Assembly: GCF_032191835.1 (NCBI RefSeq)
Contig: NC_083231.1
Coordinates: forward strand, 72,168,001-72,232,000
Direction: 5' to 3'
Origin: Heteronotia binoei
Lineage: Eukaryota
Length of the DNA: 64,000 nt
Position 1 is the first letter of the stretch. Each line of letters opens with the position of its first letter. This document shows, piece after piece, positions 59,075-64,000 of this stretch. Under the pieces are notes generated by a model, which saw only the letters and a list, made by a program, of their open reading frames with translations, did not search any database and had not been told where the DNA came from. The translations under genes were made by a program, and so were the position numbers.

Positions 59075-59909
59075 TAGGGTTGCCAAGTCCAATTCAAGAA
59101 AAATCTGGGACTTTGGGGGCGGAGCCAGGAGACTTTGGGGGGTGGAGCCAGGAGACATTGGGGGTGGAGCCAGGAACAAGGATGTGACAAGCATAATTGA
59201 ACTCCAAGGGAGTTCTGGCCATCACATTTAAAGGGGCAGCACACCTTTTTAAATGCCTTTCTTCCATAGGAAATAATGAAGGATAGGGGCACCATATTTT
59301 GGGGCTCATAGAATTGGACCTCTGGTCCAATCGTTTTGAAACATGGCGGGTATTTTGGGGAGAGGCACTAGATGCTATACTAAAAATTTGGTGCATCTAC
59401 CTCAAAAAATAGCCCCCCAGAGCCTCCAATACCTGCAGATCAATTCCCCATTATTCCCTATGGGAATCATTCTCCATAGGGAATAATAGAGTGCCCAGTA
59501 GACATTTCCCTCCCCCCCATGCTTTCTAAAGCGGGGGGGGGAGGGCCTCCAAACCAGGGAATCCCCTGCCCCCTTCCTCTCTCACAACCACAAATACTTA
59601 CTAGATCTTGTTCCTGCAGAACTTTACTTGCTGTGAAAATGAAAGCAAAAGAAAGGGAGGGGCCGTTCTCCATCGAAACTGTTACTGACCCTTTCCCATG
59701 AAGCCCTTCCTGTTTCCTGTTTCCTGCTCAGTCTTAAAGGCACACATTTTACAAACAGATCAGTTTGCAGTTTTCTAAACCTGCAGGAGCTCTACAACTA
59801 CATGATGACTGTGGGGGTGGGGCTTCCACTGCTGGCCAGCTGGCTGGGGGTGGGGAGAAGCCTGTAAAAACAGGGGCTCCCCCCTGGGACCTGGGGATTG
59901 GGAAGCCTA
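59075..59909. mobile_element. Non-autonomous hAT element, 835 bp
   Basis: Ends tagggttgcca / tgggaagccta; perfect TSD gtcctgga; three subterminal ggggtggagccagga-type repeats. Confidence 0.9.
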
Positions 59910-60213
59910 GTCCTGGAACTTACCAGGGTTCGTGTCTGAGGCCTGGGATAGGAGAGTCAACGCAAGGGAGTCTATTTAGCCAGCACTATGCAGGAGTGGG
60001 GGCAGGGTCCTGCTGTGACCCTGTGCCAGCTGAATCACCTGTGGACCAGTTGGGGGAAGGGAGAGGGGAGTCGCAGGGGTACCTGGGTCCATTGTGTCCA
60101 CTTTAACCCACCCTTCCCTTACTTAGTCAGATCACCCCAGTGGCCTCAAACTGGCTCTAGGCTCTCCCACCCACCCTCTCCCTGCATCATAGTTGTTACA
60201 GGTTGTGTGCAGT

Positions 60214-60397
60214 CAGGGCTTTTTTTGAGCAGGAATGCACAGGAACACAGTTCCAGTTGGCTTAGTGTCAGGGGTGTGGCCTAATATGCAAATGACTTCC
60301 TGCTGGGCTTTTTCTACAAAAAAGCTCTGCATGGAACAATGGTTACATCAGGGGTGTGTGGCCTAATATGCAAATGAGTTCTACAAAAAAAGCCCTG
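60214..60397. mobile_element. hAT MITE (CAGGGCTTTTT family) with internal duplication
   Basis: TIRs as in 57-172; tcaggggtgtggcctaatatgcaaatga occurs twice; TSD ambiguous (tgtgcagt / tgtgtagt). Confidence 0.75.
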
Positions 60398-61065
60398 TGT
60401 AGTTATTTTGTCTTTGAATTTTTCTGCTTGCAGCAGCTTGTGTAGGCAGTTTGGAGAGTGGGATGGATCCATTTGGGGAGAAGCCATGCCTGGATGCCTG
60501 TCTCCTCCAGGCTGGGGACTCCCTTATGAGGTATTGGGTATAGAACCACTTAGCGACATTCCCAGCTCAAGAGCTGTCAGCTGGCTCTTACCACCAGGTG
60601 GCAATGGAACCATACAGCAACAGCTTATGCCCATATGAAATCCTGGGGGTTGGCACTCTATGGTGCTTCCCCCCCAGCAGGCAGGCTGGAAGGAAAGGTA
60701 ATATCAGAATGGAAGTGGGTCATCTGATACAATCCATCCCTACTCTGTGCTAATGCTCCTGCAGTTGTATTCTTTAAAGCTGTGACCTGTTCCATCCCAA
60801 TTGGTTGTGTTCTTCTTCCTTGCCCTCGCCTCACCCTTCATCCCTTGGTCTGTGAATTTCTCAGAGCTCAGAAGCAGGTTTTGTAAAGGGCACTTCTTGC
60901 CCTTTTCAGTAGCTTAACTGTTTTTGCAGGCTTTCCCAATCTCCTGTGCCTCTTAACTCTGAGCAGATGAACAGGTCATGCCTGAAGATGCTTTTTGTTT
61001 AGGTCTTCCTGAACTAACAGTGCCATCCTAAACACCCTTTTAAGTCTACTAACCTCAGTGAATTT

Positions 61066-61796
61066 TTTGTTGTTCAGTCACACATTCAAGTCTGACTCTT
61101 TGCGACCCCATGGACAAAGTCATGCCAGGCCCTCCTGTCTTATTTTTATTTATTTATTTATTTATTTAGAATTTATATCCCGCCCTTCCCACGAATGGCT
61201 CAGGGCGTCTTCCACCATCCTCCAAAGTCTGCTCAAATTCATGTTAGTTAGATCAGTAATGTTGTCCAACCATCTCATCTTTTGCCATCCCCTTCTTCTT
61301 TTGTCTTCTGTCTTTCCCATCATCAGGATCTTCTCCAGAGAGTGCTCTCTTCTCATTTGGTGGCCAAAGTATTTCAGCTTCAGCATCTGACCTTCCAGGG
61401 AACGGTCTGGGTTGATTTCCCTTAGGTCTGACTAATTTGATCTTCTTGCAGTCCAAGGGACTCCCAAGATTCCTCTCCAGCACCACATCTCAAAAGTATA
61501 TATTCTTCTGCGCTCGGTCTTCCTTATGGTCCAACTCTCACAGCCATACATTACTATGGGGAATACCATAGCTTTGACTATACGGACTTTTGTTGGCAGG
61601 GTGATGTCTCTATTTTTTATTATATTGCCTAGGTTCGCCATAGCTAGCCTCCCAAGGAGCAAACGTCTTTTAATTTCATGGCTACAGTCACCATCTGCAG
61701 TGAACTTGGATCCCAAGAATGTGAAGTCTATCACTGCTTCCATGTCTTCCCTTTCTATTTGCCAAGGAATGATAAGGCCGGATGACATGATCGTAG
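61066..61796 (-). mobile_element. RTE-BovB LINE 3' end
   Basis: DFTFLGSKFTADGDCSHEIKRRLLLGR..VKAMVFPIVMYGCESWTI, LKLKYFGH..RRRGWQKMRWLD; (caa)n tail. Confidence 0.95.
61141..61207 (-). mobile_element. ~65-bp L2-type tail inserted in the BovB 3' end
   Basis: ttta repeats plus tttatatcccgcccttcccacgaatggctcagggc, flanked by gtctt on both sides. Confidence 0.7.
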
Positions 61797-63805
61797 TTTT
61801 TTTAGGTTAAAACAATTTTATTTGGTAACATATGGTAACAAATTATATTTCTTGCATCATTAATAACTTCTTTTATCTATCCCATATATTATTTTCTACC
61901 CACCCCTCCCCCCGTTACTTGACCCCCGCCGGTGTTATTTACTTAAAGTACTAATGTTTAAAGGTACCCTTAACTAATATAAACAAAAATTAATATCCTT
62001 CTTTTTTCTAAGACTTTATCATTATCAAAAATTGTTCAATGTCCTTTTATTTTCCACTCTTTTTCTACATATCTTCTGAACTTTCTCCACTCCATCTTAA
62101 AAACTTCTAAATCATAGTCTCTTAAAATTCTTGTTAATTTGTCCATTTCACTCCATGTCATAACTTTTACAATCCAGTCCCATTTCTCTGGTATTTTTTC
62201 TTGCTTCCATAACTGTGCATATAATGTCCTTGCAGCTGAAAGCAAGTACCAGATTAAAGTTCTATCTTCTTTTGGGAAATTTTCCATTTGTAATCCCAAC
62301 AGAAAAGTCTCTGCAACTTTCTTAAATTCATATCCCAAGATCCTAGAAATTTCTTGTTGAATCATCTGCCAATACTTTTCTGCTCTTTCACAAGTCCACC
62401 ACATATGGTAGAAAGAACCTTCATGTTTTTTACATTTCCAACATCTGTCTGGCATCCTATTATTCATCTTTGCCAATTTCTTAGGAGTCATATACCATCT
62501 ATACATCATTTTAAAACAGTTCTCTTTAATACTATGACACGTCGAAAGCTTCATAGAATTCTTCCACAAATATTCCCAAGTTTCCATCTGTATTTCTTTA
62601 TTTACATTAATTGCCCACTTAATCATTTGATATTTCACTACTTCATCCTCCGTAGACCATTTTAAAAGTAATTTATATAATTTTGAAATTAATTTTTCAT
62701 TGTCTCCAAGCAGAACTTTTTCCATTTCTGTTTGCTCTCTTCTTATTCCTTCAGTTTTAATGTCATTCTCCACCAAGCTTTTTATTTGTTGCATTTGAAA
62801 CCAATCATATTTATTATTCAGCTCTTCAGCAGTTTTCAATTCTATTTTGCCACTTTGTATTTTTACTAGTTGATTTTATGACAACCTCTTTTCTTTACCC
62901 GTCTCAGCTGTTATTTTTATCACTTCGGCTGGCACTATCCATAACGGTTTTCTTTCATCTCCATATTTCTAATATTTCATCCAAGTATTTAGCAAGCTGT
63001 TTCTTATATAATGGTGAGAGAAAAAGCCGTCTATCTTTTTTCCCCCATAATACATATAAGTGTGCCAGCCAAATTTATTTCCATGACCTTCCAACGCTAG
63101 GAGTTTTTTGTTTAACAACATTATCTATTCTTTTATCCATACTAAGCAAACTGCATCATGATATAATTTTAAGTCTGGTAATTGAAATCCACCTCTCTCT
63201 TTTGCATCTGTTAAAATTTTCATTTTAATTCTTGGTTTCTTCCCCGCCCACACAAACGCTGACATTTTCTTTGCCATCTATTAAATTGTTTACTGTCTTT
63301 TACAATTGGAATAGTTTGAAACAAATACATTATTCTTGGTAGAATATTCATGAAGTTTATTCCACTTTAACATATCTTCATCCATTTTACGCCATAGCTT
63401 CTCATAATTATTTTTGAACAAATCAATATTCTTCATTGTTATCTCCACACCCAAATATTTTACCTTGGAGGTAACTTCACAGCCCGTTAGTCTCTGCAAT
63501 TCTTGTTGCTTATTTATTTGCATATTTTTACATAGAAGTTTTGATTTTTCTTTATTAATACAAAGTCCTGCCAACTCCCCATATTCTTGTATTTTGGCTA
63601 ACAACAAAGGTGTGACTTGTATGGGGTTTTCATTTATAAACATTATACCATCTGCAAATGCTCTGTATTTGTAAGTAAATCCTTTTACTTTTAATCCTTC
63701 TATTTCTTTATCTTCTTGAATTTGCATCAGTAATATTTCAAGAGTCATTATAAACAACAGTGGGGAAAGTGGACAACCTTGTCTTGTACCTTTACTAATT
63801 ATCAT
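61797..63805 (-). mobile_element. 5'-truncated L1-clade LINE, same family as 10856-14094
   Basis: GTRQGCPLSPLLF, FADG, VKYLGV, KMMYRWYMTP, CWKCKKHEGSFYHMWWTC; shared 3' UTR end. Confidence 0.93.
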
Positions 63806-64000
63806 GTCTTTTGACCTCTTTGCAATGGCCGCTGATGTTTTTCTATGATATTATAGTCCTAGAGTAGGCTAGCTGCTTCAATGATTTCCTTTTTCCATCC
63901 AACACTTCCTGCTTTTCTTGCCACCAAATCCCATTTTCAGTGGTAAAAAGATCTCGCGATGTTTGATGTATTTCCTGTGTTGACTGTGAGAGCTGCAAAT

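Overview
AT-rich vertebrate genomic DNA, almost certainly a squamate reptile and probably a gecko. This is inferred from the repeat content: Squam3/MIR-type and Sauria/Squam2-type SINEs, RTE-BovB, L2, CR1 and L1 LINEs, and hAT MITEs. No host protein-coding gene could be identified. The long ORFs are retroelement remnants or GC-repeat artefacts, and I can offer only low-confidence candidate short exons. Main elements: three L1-clade relics on the minus strand (1.3-3.3, 10.9-14.1 and 61.8-63.8 kb) and one on the plus strand (42.3-45.9 kb); a CR1 with a long unbroken RT frame (15.6-17.5 kb); an L2 (56.3-57.9 kb); a BovB 3' end (61.1-61.8 kb); a two-LTR Gypsy element lacking protease and RT (30.0-33.2 kb); a solo LTR; many SINEs, including two with 5S rRNA-derived heads; and several non-autonomous hAT elements with 8-bp target-site duplications (TSDs). 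The most unusual structure is a 1237-bp hAT-type element (49942-51178, perfect TSD GGGGGGGA). Its cargo is a CpG-rich tandem array of 220/221-bp units, each made largely of long hairpins whose mismatches are overwhelmingly G-U compatible on the plus strand. Other notable items are a 1.3-kb inverted duplication bracketing 7.15 kb, a 374-bp tandem duplication, a perfect 57-bp inverted repeat with template-switch signatures, and a 36-bp templated filler at the Gypsy deletion junction. There are two assembly gaps. All alignments and counts were done by eye, so boundaries other than TSD- or LTR-defined ones are approximate.
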